A stretch of DNA of 64,000 bases, from NCBI GenBank assembly GCA_965285935.1, contig OZ260666.1, forward strand, positions 65,286,001 to 65,350,000, read 5' to 3'. The DNA is from Ophelia neglecta. Taxonomy: Eukaryota. A model generated the notes under the pieces. That model did not search any database, was not told the origin of the DNA, and saw only the letters and a program-made list of their open reading frames with translations. Shown piece after piece: positions 13,301 through 26,337 of the stretch; within the stretch, counting starts at the first letter, position 1, and each line of letters starts with the position of its first letter. The position numbers and the translations under genes were made by a program.

Positions 13301-16018
13301 GCTACATACTTGTATCAGTGTTGTTGAATACTGTGGATCATCAGGTAGGCAAACAATCGAATTTGAAAAACACCTATGCCTTTATACGTATTAAGGTTTG
13401 TGTTCAATGGTTCCCACGTACAATCATTACTCGTTTTCACGATCCTCCTTCGAAGTGCCTACAGGTCATCTATGGGTTACGTCACTAGACTAGACAATTG
13501 TCTTACTAATCGATTTAGCGGCTTAAGAGACTTTATCACATGTAGTATGTGAATATGAAATCTTCCGATAAGATTAAGTATGTAAAAGAGGCAAAAATGA
13601 AGGGGACGCAGTTAATTGATCTACAATTTGTTAATTTAGAGGTAGGTTGATGCCCATTTTGTAAGACTTCTAGGTAATTATTTTCTGGGTCCTAATAACA
13701 ATTAACTATACAACAACGATTTCATGCGCAGTCACCAGGATCTCCTAATTAAAGGGTCCTGCTTTACCCCTTCAATAGTTTACAATACAGATTAGTAGTA
13801 TAGAGCTTGGGATGAACTTGGTATTATAGTCTAGCAGCAGGAAGGTTCCCGACCACTCCCCGGAAATACAAATGCCACCTGCTTCTTTGTGACCCTGAAG
13901 GGGTCTCATTAATAATCATGGATTTGAAATGTACAATGGGGTTGATTTGGCGGCCATTTTGAATTCTTTTCTATGGTCCAGAAATGAATTATTAAAGAAT
14001 TAATATAATCGATTCAAAACAAGTACAAGTGCACTAAAAACTTATGTCATTAATTTGCAATAAAATATTTTATGAAGAAAAAAACATTCTCAATGTCTGC
14101 ATATTATGTTGATACTTTCCCTGCTAGAAGATGTTATGCCAGTCATCACAGAAACTATTAAGTTTCCTCATCCAGGTATTCCATAAGCGTATCATTGTAA
14201 TTGAGATCTTTCACCAGCTCTTCCTCATCATCTGCAAATTTTCCTAATACGCCATGTGAAGCAAATCCACAAGCGTAATAGGTAGGCTTCGTCCACATTA
14301 CCACTGGGGCTCTATGTGATTTCCTACTTTCAACCATCCTTACTCTGCGTAAGGTTTTGATTTCTCCAGTTTTGGTGTAGGAGCTCTAGTACTGTGCAAC
14401 ACGGTAATTAACACTCTTACCGTGTGGTGTTTGAGTAACTTTGAATGGGGTAAACATGAAAGCCCTACTTGGACTTCAATGTCAGTTTTTCATATTCGCC
14501 CACCATCTTCTCCAGCATTTGAGTTCCAACTTCATTGGGGCAAACAAGTGTGCGGGGTAACCAAACTTCAGACATGTTAATGCTTACAAAAACCGGGCTT
14601 GGATACCCGGCAGACAAGGCAAAATCAAAACTCAGGAAGAGTCTATTAAATCAGTCCGAAGTCATCAGCACACAGCAGCAACAGGCCCACACACATCAAT
14701 GAATCAGTCCCCAGTCCCAAAACAGTAATTCAATTGTAACGAAATACGTGTAACAATTGCTATCACTTGGAAAGAGAAGTAGTCTTAAGATTTAAAGACA
14801 CAAGTTAGAGCACAATACAAACGAGGCAGTGGGAGTGTCTCAGTAAACTTGGTACCAAAGATGGGTGTAAAACTAAAGGGTCCCTGCATACTTGAGAGGA
14901 AAATGGTAATAGTGCTCTTTGATAGTGCTATATAATATTACTTGCGTAAAGTTCGGAAGTTTTTTCAGCAGGCCAACTTTAATGCGATCTTCTCTTATAA
15001 ATACATAAAAGCCACGAGCGGCTAAGCGGTATTCCTTCCCCGAAGAATTATAATAATGTGTTTCCAAGTGCCTATATAGATATATTAGAAATTGGTATTC
15101 TAACAACTGCAAACTCGTAACCAGACTTTTCTGCATACTTGAGTTAAAGGACAGCTCAGTTTTCTGTCAGTTTTATTATCTATAACCATGTTCTATCTGG
15201 GACTAATAAAGGTATCTTAATCTCAGGTTTTATTAATAACCCAATCACCGTAGCCTATAGCCTGTGCAATGGGCTATACAGTGGCCATAGCACCTTAAAG
15301 TGCAAGTGCATCTTTATTTGAATTACATCTATTCAGTATAGCGCTATCGGGTTCACATATAAATAACCCTGATTCCCAGTTATAATTGTTTTGAAGATAA
15401 ACAAGCTACCAGATAAATCAAAACAACATATGACAGGCGTAATATTTGTCAACTATCCTGGGGATTACCAACATGGGCTATTGGCCGAGGGACTCTACAA
15501 ACCTTAGTTACATGAATTGTTTGAAAGCTTAGATCTTTAGAGTTATAAATAGCTTCCTGTACAGGTGTTAAATGTGTTTTTATCTATGGTTGTCCCTTTT
15601 CATTGTTGTATACAGTATTTCTCTCCGGATAACTTTTTAATCACCAAGACAAGTCAAAATGAAAAGTACAGCAACGAAAGGCGCGTATTTAAAAAAAATC
15701 ACTATAGATGGCTACCGCATGTAATCAATTTATAGTTCCAGATCTTACCACCGAAGAATTTGTTCACATATGGGTTAATTGGCCTATAAGGTGCCTTCAT
15801 TAACAGCGCCCTCGAGCAAAGTCATTGTGTAAGGGTTTCCACAGTACGACTTCAAAGAACATTCTTCTTCAAAACAATGTAAGCGCCTCTCAGTGTCCAA
15901 CATACAGTCAACAATGTTTTGCAGAAGCTTGCGCTGGTTTTACCGTCTCTTTTATGCAACTTTTGTTTGAAACAAACATCGAATGCCTCACATATCTAAG
16001 GCCTGTTTGGCACTAATA

Positions 16019-16264
16019 ATATTGTCCAGGCGACCTGATCCTCCTGAGAAACCCGAGGCGATCAGGTAGCGTCTCTCTGTGGAGAGGCCGGGGCCACTGA
16101 AGTCGGAATATGCTTGATCTTTCAAGAAGGTCATTGAAGAGCTTTTAGACGTCATTCGATCGACTTTGACCGAGCTTACGGTCCGAAACCCTACAGATAA
16201 TATCGGAGGCCAGGGGCCATTGCAAGGAATTAACAGAGGGTTTGAAACAGAACAACAAAGTTGA
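16019..16264 (+). mobile_element. Ancient Gypsy RT-RNase H connection relic
   Basis: Translation ILSRRPDPPEKPEAIR*RLSVERPGPLKSEYA*SFKKVIEELL...TDNIGGQGPLQ parallels YLSKFIPNLxEKTEPLRxLL...WxxE..SFxKLKxLL...TDASxxGLGAVLQ. Confidence 0.45.
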
Positions 16265-16968
16265 CAAGTCTTTTTAATATAAGCCACTACTATAATCGCC
16301 AAGATCGGGGATTTAAATCTAATTCCGTGGGTTTTTTCTTTCAAACTCTAGAAAGTGCAGAAAGTAACTTTGCACTTTATTTGTTTGGTGCATTTGTTAA
16401 ATGTTTGATGGATTTTAAAAGATATTTATCTGAGCCAAATCATTTGTCTCTTGAAGTTCCACAGAATTCCGACATTAATCGCCTTTTTAGTCACTCCTGT
16501 TACAACCGTGTTTGACCCAAGTGTATTCATTATCCCTAATCCGAATTAGTCACAAAGCTCATTATACTGATGAACCATTCATCACCTTCATTATGAGAAG
16601 ATTGATTGGTGGACAGAGGTAGACATGCAGGTGGGCACTGTCTCTATAACAGTCTTAGCCTGGATAAAGCCGTCTGCTGACCAAGCCCAGGACTCGAGGC
16701 TCTGGACATTAAGTACAATCGATGTGTATTGTGTTATGGACTATCATCAGTAATCAGTTGGATTAAGGCGTGCCCCCGGGTACATGCAGGTGACAGCTAT
16801 CGGTGGCAGTCGTCGTGATCTATGGGCCGCTATAGGGGCCATATAGCCCGGTACTAGGCCAACGCTGCTCCTTGTGTCTGAAATAACAAACGTAATCTAA
16901 ACCTTTTTAAACTGTCAGTACCAGCTGACATTTAATTTTACCGCTGCCGTGCATCCCCTAGTCTCCAA

Positions 16969-17255
16969 GTATCTCTAGTCATACCAACGTCAACATGTAT
17001 GATTGTCAACGTATCTTTAGTCATACCAACGTCACCCTGTATGATTATCAGCGTATCTCCAGTTATACAAACGTTAACCTATATGATTGACAGCGTATCT
17101 CTTTTTATAACAACGTTACCCTGTACGATTGACAGCGTATCTCTTGTTATACCATCTTTCACATGTATGCATGTCAACGTATCTTTGCATACAAATGTTA
17201 CCCTGTATGATTGTCAGCGTATCCCCAGTTTTACCAACGTTAACCTGTATGTTTG
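16969..17255. repeat. 42-bp minisatellite, about 7 diverged copies
   Basis: Units start at 16969, 17011, 17053, 17095, 17137, 17179 and 17219; consensus approximately GTATCTCTAGTTATACCAACGTTACCCTGTATGATTGTCAGC. Confidence 0.95.
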
Positions 17256-19045
17256 GGAGGGGGGGGGGGAGGAAAAGCGACATTACCGCCTTGCTTTATG
17301 GTATCCGTGCAGCATATCCTGCCTACGGTAACTCTATTGATTAGGTAGTGCATTTTACCTTGAGATGTACGGCTGCCGTAAACTAGTCTCGTCTGTTTAA
17401 TGTACGGGGTCATTAAAGTAGGTGCCTCCTCATAGCTCCTAAAGTCATACATTGAAAAGCTGACGAATTTGTTTTCAAAGATCTTTTTTTGTGTGGAAAT
17501 AGCTCATGTCCCAATTTGTTAACAAGAGTTGCCCATTAAATGTCCTTAAAGTAACACACTGTATGTGTGATACCTTTGATTCACCTTTTGAACTCGAAGT
17601 AAATATGAATCAAGTTACCTAATGTTACTGACTTGATTAAAAAGGAGGTACTGGTAGTAGTTCTATGGTGTCAGCAACCGCAGCAGGAAGCGTCATAGGA
17701 GGTCAATTATCAAGTTCTAATTGGCCTCAATTATCGACCGCTATAATCAGCTTACCAATTCATTCTGGAGCTAGCAGCAAGAATACCATCTGCCGGCAAA
17801 AGCCAATTATTGTAAGGGCGTGACTGGACTTTCCACCGAGGCAAGGTCTCTCGTGTAGGGCGGGCTAAGGACTGACCCGCCGCCATTCTGTTTCTGACAG
17901 GAGTTTAGACTACGTAATGTATTGAAAATGTTATCATCTCCATAACTACCGCAAAGAGCTCCATCAGCTAAGTCTGTAAGGACGACGCCCGCTTTCTAAT
18001 AACATGCCAATATCATTAAAATGTCTTTGGTTGACATTTCTAAGTTGGTCATCAATGTATGGCCGCCAATAAATTTGATTCGGTAACCATGGAACTCCAA
18101 GGACTCGTTTTCAAGGTGAAACTTGGAAATTATGCTTATGAAATTGAGCGGAGTTTTTTATCCTGTCGGAGAACCATGGTATTAGGTTAACACTGAATGC
18201 TGAGAAAACCTTTAACAGGAATAGGTTTTAAAATTGATGGTATTTGCGCCCCTTCCAAACAAACTAAAGTGGGCTTTGCCGTAAATAACCAAGGTTGTTG
18301 CTTTAAATATTGCATCAAGACATCAATACCCATCGCGGAATGCTTATGAGAGAATTACGAGAACTCCCCTATGGGCATGTCCCCCGCATCCGGCCTTTGT
18401 TCCTAATCTCGCGAGATCAATACCATGAATGCGATGTTATATATTCTTCTGACTATCTCCCACTAATATTACACTGTACTTGGCCATGAAATTATGTCCT
18501 TGTTCTCACTCATCTTTCAATGATTCTCTGGATAACTAGCTGTTTCAATTAAAGTTCCATCCATTAGGCAGAACGCGACAAAATGGTGGCCGATAAAAAT
18601 CAATGATTGTCTGTACACATGTTAGACAGTTGTTAATGAATTGTCCCCAAGGACTGTCGTGAAAGCATGTCTAATATGCGTATCATCAAATCTCGCCTTG
18701 CAAACAAGGGGCATGGCCAGAAAACACTCAGGCCTCTTGCCCTATTTGGATAATACTGCCGATACAACCCAGGTGCAAGCAGATGGGAGTTTTGGGATAA
18801 AATTCCCGTGGCAGAAACTCATTAGCAGAGTCACAGCAAACAGCCTGATAGTGAAAGCCTCCCCTGAAGATACCCCGCATCTAATCATCCGAAGCACCTT
18901 TAACAAAGTCGTCTGCCATATATAATCTTTGCGTCTGCGTTTCCAAATGAAATCAAATATGCCTACAAATTTGTACTGAATATACATTTCCGTATTATTT
19001 TATTACCGAAGAATTTTGTTCCAATAGTTTTCCATCGAATAAGTA

Positions 19046-19745
19046 TTAATGAGGTAGATACCTTTAATTTCAAGATTTAGGGATAAAAAGTTGGAGCAGT
19101 TTGTATTGATTGGACAATATATAGGTAGAGAGAGAGAACAATTGCTTGGGCATATTTTTTGAAACGAGTCCTTAAACCTACTGGTCATGACCTCAAAATA
19201 AACATTTAAATCCCCTTATTTTATTGAAAGAAAATTATAATATCCTCCTGTGCCATTGTGTTCATAAATGTTAAGAGGCAAATGGATTACACCACAATTT
19301 GGTAACTAGAAGAAAAACGATAGGTCATCATATATTTTTTTTCAAAAGAATGACTTAAAAAATCAAGGATTAGCCAAAAATACCCCAAATTGGCTGATTT
19401 GTGTCTTATTCATCTAATTTTCGCAACCATATAAAAAAAAAGGCACGGTGACCCATTTTATTATTGAGTTATTAAATTGTGGACTCGTCTTATTGTCACC
19501 TGACCATTATGAAAACAATTGTAATTAAGAATATTATTATAAAAAACATTCACTAAAACAAAATGGTTTTAATTGTCCATTTAGGGTCATGACCCCTGAT
19601 AAAAGCTAATAGGCTTAAGGAATCTTTCGAAAAAATTATTTGCCCATTTAAGGTTTTCATGTTATCTGCTACACAGACAAGTAAATAAAAATTGTTGTAA
19701 GGTTCTGCCCCTTAATATTAAAATAAAAGGTATGTACCTCCTTAA
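19046..19745. mobile_element. Palindromic TTAA-ended MITE (outer element of a nested pair)
   Basis: Left ttaatgaggtagatacctttaatttcaagatttaggg matches the reverse complement of the right end (ttaaggaggtacataccttttattttaatattaaggg); the inner parts of the arms also pair (tgggcatattttttgaaacgagtccttaa vs tgggcaaataattttttcgaaagattccttaa). Confidence 0.7.
19176..19614. mobile_element. TTAA-targeting MITE inserted into the centre of the outer MITE
   Basis: Flanked by TTAA at 19172-19175 and 19615-19618; imperfect inverted arms of about 100 bp, both containing ggtcatgacc. Confidence 0.7.
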
Positions 19746-20289
19746 AGAAAATTCGATTTTGTATGTTTACAAAGTAAATAAACGATATTTCTAGTTTTTC
19801 CGTCGCATGGTTAATTGCGTCATCTCAAAATCAGACGCCGTTCGCGCAAGTCACGTGTACTGAGGCAGAAGTAATTGATGTCGCTCGCCAGAAGGCAGGC
19901 GAAAGCTTGTTTCTCCAGCTTCCTTCGCCCAATGCACTCCCACTGGTGCCCTCGGGGGCTTAATACTTCGTTACGGAATCCATTAGCAATGTTGGAGATA
20001 AATTGGAGTGATTAAACCCCCCTTCCTCCACCGACATATCAACCAACTCGCTCCTATAAGGCATCACCGCATGCAGATACGTGTCTCTGAAATACAGCTA
20101 TAGCCTAAAAACTAGATACTTGCTATGAGAACTGAAGTAGACAGGAACTTTTTACACCGTATGGCTCCGGAGTATTCAGTCAAATCCCTAGGTAGTGGAA
20201 AAATTGAAACAGTAATTCTGCAGCAACAATCCCCTCTTCAGGTAGGCCTTCCTGCATGGAACATCAAAGCTTAGAGCACGCTCGCTGCT

Positions 20290-20445
20290 CATTGTTAATT
20301 TGCCTTAGGCCATTGATGTCCGAGCCGAATCCCAGTTCCAATTCCGCATTTTAGCAGTGGCTTGTGATCTTTTGCACGGTTGCCTTGGTGATGTTTTTAT
20401 GATTGGCGATCAGAAGCCTGGATTTCATCCTTTTAGTCAGGTAAT
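20290..20445 (+). mobile_element. Ancient Gypsy RNase H relic
   Basis: AESQFQFRILAVACDLLHGCLGDVFMIGDQKPGFHPFS parallels AExxYxQxExExLAxxxACxxFHxYLxGxxFxIxTDHKPLxxIFS. Confidence 0.5.
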
Positions 20446-23099
20446 TGCCTCGAAAATCATAGATATATGCGTTGTTATAGAAACTCAACACAATTGTATA
20501 CGGTCAAAGGATTCTCGAATGAAAACGATTTTACCTGTTTTAACCTCGGTTATTAGCTCTACAATCATCTAAAATATGCCCGAAATATATATGTTATATT
20601 CATATATATTTTTGTCAGATGAAACATAATATCTTATAACAATGATGCATATACATGTGTACAATAACACTTTTTTACTCAGCTTAGAGATCTGGATAAT
20701 ATATTAATCAACTAGAACATACCTCTGCCTAAAGGTGTGCTTGCAGAATCAAGGTACTGCTCATATATATAGATATAAGTCTTTGGTGGTGAAACTGTAA
20801 ATTGGTGTCGAATTCCGGAATAAAGCTTGCATATACAAACATAATTTGGTTTAAGAAAATGCCAGAGCTTTCATGGAATAATGATAAAAGAACGAGGCCA
20901 TTGGAAATAATATATCTTTTCTTGTTTCAAAATAGCAAGGACTTTTATCATGTTTCATTCATATAGAAATTGGAATTTTTTTAAATAAGGTTCTGGTGAT
21001 TGCTAAAAGCCAATGAACGGCTGTGTGAATTTTCTTATATAACGTTTTCATCGATAGATTTTACCAAAACTATTCTGTAGGTTTGGGTTACAAGGTGCCT
21101 CATAAAAATCTGATAACGGCAAATATATCCCGAAATGCATTTCGCGGTGTTAAATGACGGAATCGACGTTGCTCGAAGGTCCCCTTACCACTTTACGGTA
21201 ATAGCGCTGATTTTGCAGCTAATACGACCTGACAGGTCGGACGGGAAGTGCTGGGAAGCGAGAAATATACCAGCTGCGTCTAAAACCATAGCTCCTTAAT
21301 TAGCAGTTTTCGCTACATATTTTCATCTGCTTAGCCCTGTACTTTTGGCATACTACAAACTCTGTATCTTTCCATGGATACATCGTTTCATCTAGAATTT
21401 CATCTCTCTCTAAACAATAAACAATCCCTCTCATCTCCAAAGCATCAGATCATCCCTCAGTATCATGAAAGTCAATACATTGAACAAGGCATGGATTATT
21501 TTCATTCTGACTTGTCATTCATGTTCTATTTGTTCCCAGTAATCAAAAGAATCAAATATTAGGATTACGGTATCGGAGCCCGTCATCAAAACCAGCAATA
21601 TTTTGTTTCATTTTCTGTCAGTGCGGCGTTTATTAAAGGCAGACGTTTGCTCTTGCTTTGACCTCTTGACCTATCTCAATTAGTCTCATTATAATTCAGG
21701 AATCACCTTTCTACGTATTCCTTGTCAATGTTCATTAGGATTGGATGGTCAGTCAGCTTCCGGAAGCATCGCTTTGGCTTCATTAACAACGTGACAACTT
21801 CTCAAATGACGTCTGGTCGAGTGTCAGTCCTAGTCAAGCTGACACTGACACTAGAATTCACTTTCTAGGTCACACTGCAATTCAGATTTGATTCCTTTTT
21901 TTATACACGTGAGTTGTCTTCGATTCGGTCTATTATTTAGTAAAGATATATGGCTGACGATCGAGAAACAATCTTTTTAAACTGGCAAAGAAAAATTGTT
22001 AACGTGACTGAATGTACGCATAAAAGTTTTGTTCTTAATCCGTATCAAAATACAGCAATATTTCCGATTCCGAAAGACATAACTTCAACAGCCAACTAAA
22101 ATTACAGTGTATAATTAATAAGTATACATTTGCTATAGAGATTTTCACCCAGGGCATTAAAAACATAATATAAGAGACACAGGCCTGTATCACAGAAGAG
22201 TGAAAATTTAGAATTACGTGTGGAACGGAGACTGATTTTCCTCTTATACTAATAGCAAGCTTGCCTGTATGTCAAAATACATGTAAATGGGAAGGAACCA
22301 AGTGTCAAAGATTAAGTATAAATCTTCGACAAAATCTTTATCAACTTGGAAACGTGTCGGACTGGATGCTAATTGAGAAGAGCTCTTTAAATAGTGAAAA
22401 GGATATTGTCAAGTGTTCTGGACAGACTTAGACTACCGATTGTGTCGGATTGTTGTTAAAGAATCGCTCTCTTGTCTTCCGTATCAACAACAAGACAAGG
22501 CTGCCAAAACTGTCCATTGTGCTGAAGGAAAGAGGATTTGTTAAAGAGGACAATTAAAGTCCCTTAAGTCTATTCCATTGAAGCAAATCTCCATTAATGA
22601 TAAACCCACAATGTATTTCTAATTGACTACAGTTATAACCCTTGTTTACATTAGGGATTAGTATCTTAAGGATTCATTGGTGTGTGCAAACAAAGACACA
22701 AGGCTTTAACTAAAGCCACAGTTTTGCATTTAGCAGTGATTTAGCCAGTATTCACTACAATAAAATGGCTGTTTTTCTTTCACTTCCCAATCTTGTTTCA
22801 GTGTTTCTGAGATTGACTTACTAGATACTTAATAACTTACACTTTCGTATATTCTTCGTGTCCCGCTGCGCCAGTTTGCTTTTGGAAATCCGCAGCACTT
22901 GAGAATTTTACAGCGATTATTTTAGGCTCCCCCTAATTGCTGACTCCTGCTATGATTGGGCCTTGTGCCGTCGGAGAATCGCTTGAAGAATGTAGATAAA
23001 GTCGAGATTATGAAATGCTTATCTTGTGTTTACAAAGTTGTCCCGTTAGTTTACTTTCACACACGTCGGCTCTGGCCAAGGTTTTAAGATAATCTAAGA

Positions 23100-23320
23100 C
23101 AGATCAACCTGTACTTGGTGGAGGTGGCTACTAAATGGATTGTTGGCCGAGAGGAATGCGGCCATGTCGCGTGTTCCGAGGGAAACCTCTTCGATTACGG
23201 TGTTATATTATCAGGGCACCTTTTGGAAGATGCACCGTACAAAGACCAGACTACCCTGTGTTCATTTTCCCATCATTGTATCTCAGATGAATTGCCCAAG
23301 ATGCTTGGAGAGGGAAAAGA
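23100..23320 (+). mobile_element. Ancient Gypsy integrase zinc-binding (HHCC) relic
   Basis: LLNGLLAERNAAMSRVP...YYQGTFWKMHRTKTRLPCVHFP...NCPRC parallels DGLL...IP...HxGHxG..KTKxRARxxVYWP...CxxC. Confidence 0.5.
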
Positions 23321-23682
23321 CGCTCTATAGGCATAATCGACAGGCTTCTATTTTTTTCACTCCTTATCATGATTCATTGTAGATTTTCGATTGGTATAGC
23401 CCTACCAGATGAACTAGGATTTGACATGGTTATTTAGTAACAAGCAATGATTCTGGCCTATAGCCGTGATTACATTAAAATCTATATCTTTTTATCTTTT
23501 TATAATGTGGACCTTTGGTATGTCCAGCTAGGCGTCTCACCATGGAGAAGCTATTGTAGAATGCCCAAATCCTCTGACCTCTCGGGAAACCTCAGGGTTT
23601 CCCGAGACTTTAGGCAGACGGCAGCTGAGTTGTAATCACATGTAATCGCCACAGAAACTTCTGCCTCTGTGACTCTGAATCA

Positions 23683-23696
23683 GTTACCATAGCAAC
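23683..23696. promoter_or_regulatory. RFX X-box
   Basis: GTTACCATAGCAAC, a perfect X-box consensus about 5.8 kb upstream of the Frizzled ATG. Confidence 0.5.
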
Positions 23697-24776
23697 CGTC
23701 TAATATTCCTAATTTAACAAGAAAAGGGACACGCGATATTGATTCTCGTTCGTCTACTTATCGGCGGGGCGAGTCCGCAAATAACTCTAATTGATATTGT
23801 TAATATGGCTGGCCTCGTATCCACGGGAGTATCATATCACGTGGGTTTCTGCGAACTTTTGACCCTCAGAGGTGCACAGATTCATATTTAACAGAACACC
23901 TTCATTTTTGTTGAGGTTTTTAAATAAAGTAAACAAAAGCGATTGACAAATTCGTTCGATTTAAGCTAATGGAAGGAATAGAGCGAAATGAGAAGACGTC
24001 AATATCGTTATTTACTAGAATATAGGCCACTATAGGTCTAGCGGAATATTTGAAATATGTTTTTAATGCGACAGGAAAAGTTTCATTCAGTGTAATAATG
24101 CTGACAATTTTATCAACTTTCGTTCACGTTACTGTCCGAACGTTCAATAACACAAACGATATATTTCATTTGGTTTTCTTAAGCATGATCAAAGATATAA
24201 ACAGCCTTATAGTGGAAGGCCTGTTCATATACTTTTGAACCTAAAAATATCTGGGAATTGCAGAAGAGATAATTGGATACGTTAAATCGCTATGTCTTGT
24301 TCATTTATTGAATGTCGTTGTGTGATTTGCGTGACCCCTTTATATCTGTCATTGAATACAGATGAATGTGGATTGAAGTTTAAAACGACTCGAAAGCACT
24401 TGAAAACGAAACATTTGACAGCGCCCAATTAAACATAGTGTCCTCTTCTGAATGAATCTCTGACATGGCAATTTTACTTACATTGATATTGCCTAGTGTG
24501 CAATTTGCCACCAGCGATTATTTCATTAATAACTCGATTAATGTAGCACACAGTCGTGTAACTTCTCTATGCGGCTATGAATATACTGAACAGCGTTATT
24601 AATGCGACTTAGGTCAGCCATTGTTACCAAATTCCAGGTCTCGCCCTTGTCTTGGCTTAAGTAGCCTTCATTTGACGAGATTTAGTAAAACGCACGACAA
24701 ATTTTGGACGCTCTTTGTCCCTTTTTAGAAGCGGGCAGAGCACTGTGAAAATTCCATGAGGGTCTTATATGCGCGC

Positions 24777-24790
24777 CCAGCAGGGGGGCG
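24777..24790 (+). promoter_or_regulatory. CTCF-like motif (forward)
   Basis: CCAGCAGGGGGGCG, one extra G relative to the core CCAGCAGGGGGCGC. Confidence 0.35.
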
Positions 24791-26337
24791 ATTGTTTGGT
24801 GTCAGCCCTCTCGCGTGGAGAGGCGAAACTGTGTGCTAGAGCATTTTGAAGAGGACTTAAATATCCCCCAATGTTGCCTTCCTTCAAATTGTTGCCAATA
24901 GAACCCAGGAGGTGGGGCGTCCGAAAAAGAAGACTAGTAGCCAGGAAAGTTACATCTCCTTGATACAGGGCGTTTCTCGGAGGCTTGTAGATTTTTGTAT
25001 TATGGAAGTAAGGAGTTTTGGGATTATTGCTATGGGAACCGCGAGCACCTTAAGTGAGGAAACCGACATTTTAAACCCTAACAAAGACCGTTAATTATTT
25101 CAATTTGTTGGTCGCAGGATCCCCCTTCGATTTTTTCAATGAAATGTGTCATTGGTATTTGCCAGGCTCTGTGTGTTTGTAACACGCATTGTCGTCTGTC
25201 TTGATTAATGAACAGACAACTTTCACCACAAATGGTTGTTACACTTGTTATGACGTGATAATTATATAATAATCACCCAAAATTCTCTTCTACCACCCAA
25301 GTGATTACACATTACAGCAAAACAATAACCGCAATATTGGCTTCGTCATAAACTTGAGTGATCTCGTGGGAAAATTTCTATAGCTCGGTTGGGGCTTTTT
25401 TGCGATAAACAGCTACCCGGGAGTTCTGGCGCTCTGCGTATCTCTGTCGCCATTTTGTCACTGTGCATCTCCACTGTACTGTTTGGAAATGTTTAATTCG
25501 ACTAATTAAATGTCTGCAAAAGCGGTTTGACAGTTTTGGCGGGCGCTGAAACGGGGTTGCCCTTGTACTGTCTCTTGACTGTTGTACACGAGGCCTATAG
25601 GCCTACCAGCTGTCTGAAGAGATTGATTTTTAAGAAAAAATCGAAATTTCTCCCGGGGGCATTTCATTACAATTGAGTCCAGGTTACCGGGCGTAAAATC
25701 TGTAGTCGTTGTCTCCAATGCCAACGCCATTGGCTATGTGATATGAAAGAATTAAGAACGCGAGCTTTTAATAATTCACCAACACCACAGAAATCTATAA
25801 ATTATTGTTTGAATGAAGTGAAGATGGTTGATTCACAGATAAGCGCTGGATTTTAATGGTGCTGTCATCGGATCAACTTAGTCCATCGATAGTTATAATC
25901 TAATCCACTCTAGCGGCAAAGCTTTGTCCATTCCGACGGTTTACTATGAATACGGTGGAGTGTTCGTTGTTCAAAATATCCATGCACATTAAAATCAAAC
26001 GAGGAGTTGCCTTATTTAGTGAATTTAAACCAATAAGATGTGTGCTAGTTACAATTTTCTGAATAAAAACTAATATTATGGACGACACCTAAATGAAATA
26101 AAACCGGTAGAGATCGTATTTTGCATGAACGATATTAAAAACTCGCTTTTATTTACTGTCTACTCATTTTAAAAGAGATTTGATAAAGAACCCATGGGCA
26201 CAATATGTTTCCAAGGGATAAACACATTCATATCGGAAAATACACGTCGTGCATGTAAAACACAGCCATATCTGGAGCTGTTTACGCGAAAGAACTAACA
26301 GCAGCTTTGTTCTGTCTCATGTTGTAATGATGATCGT

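Noticed and set aside
16969-17344. ORFs 16999..17331 and 17129..17344 as genes
   Set aside because: They are by-products of the 42-bp minisatellite.
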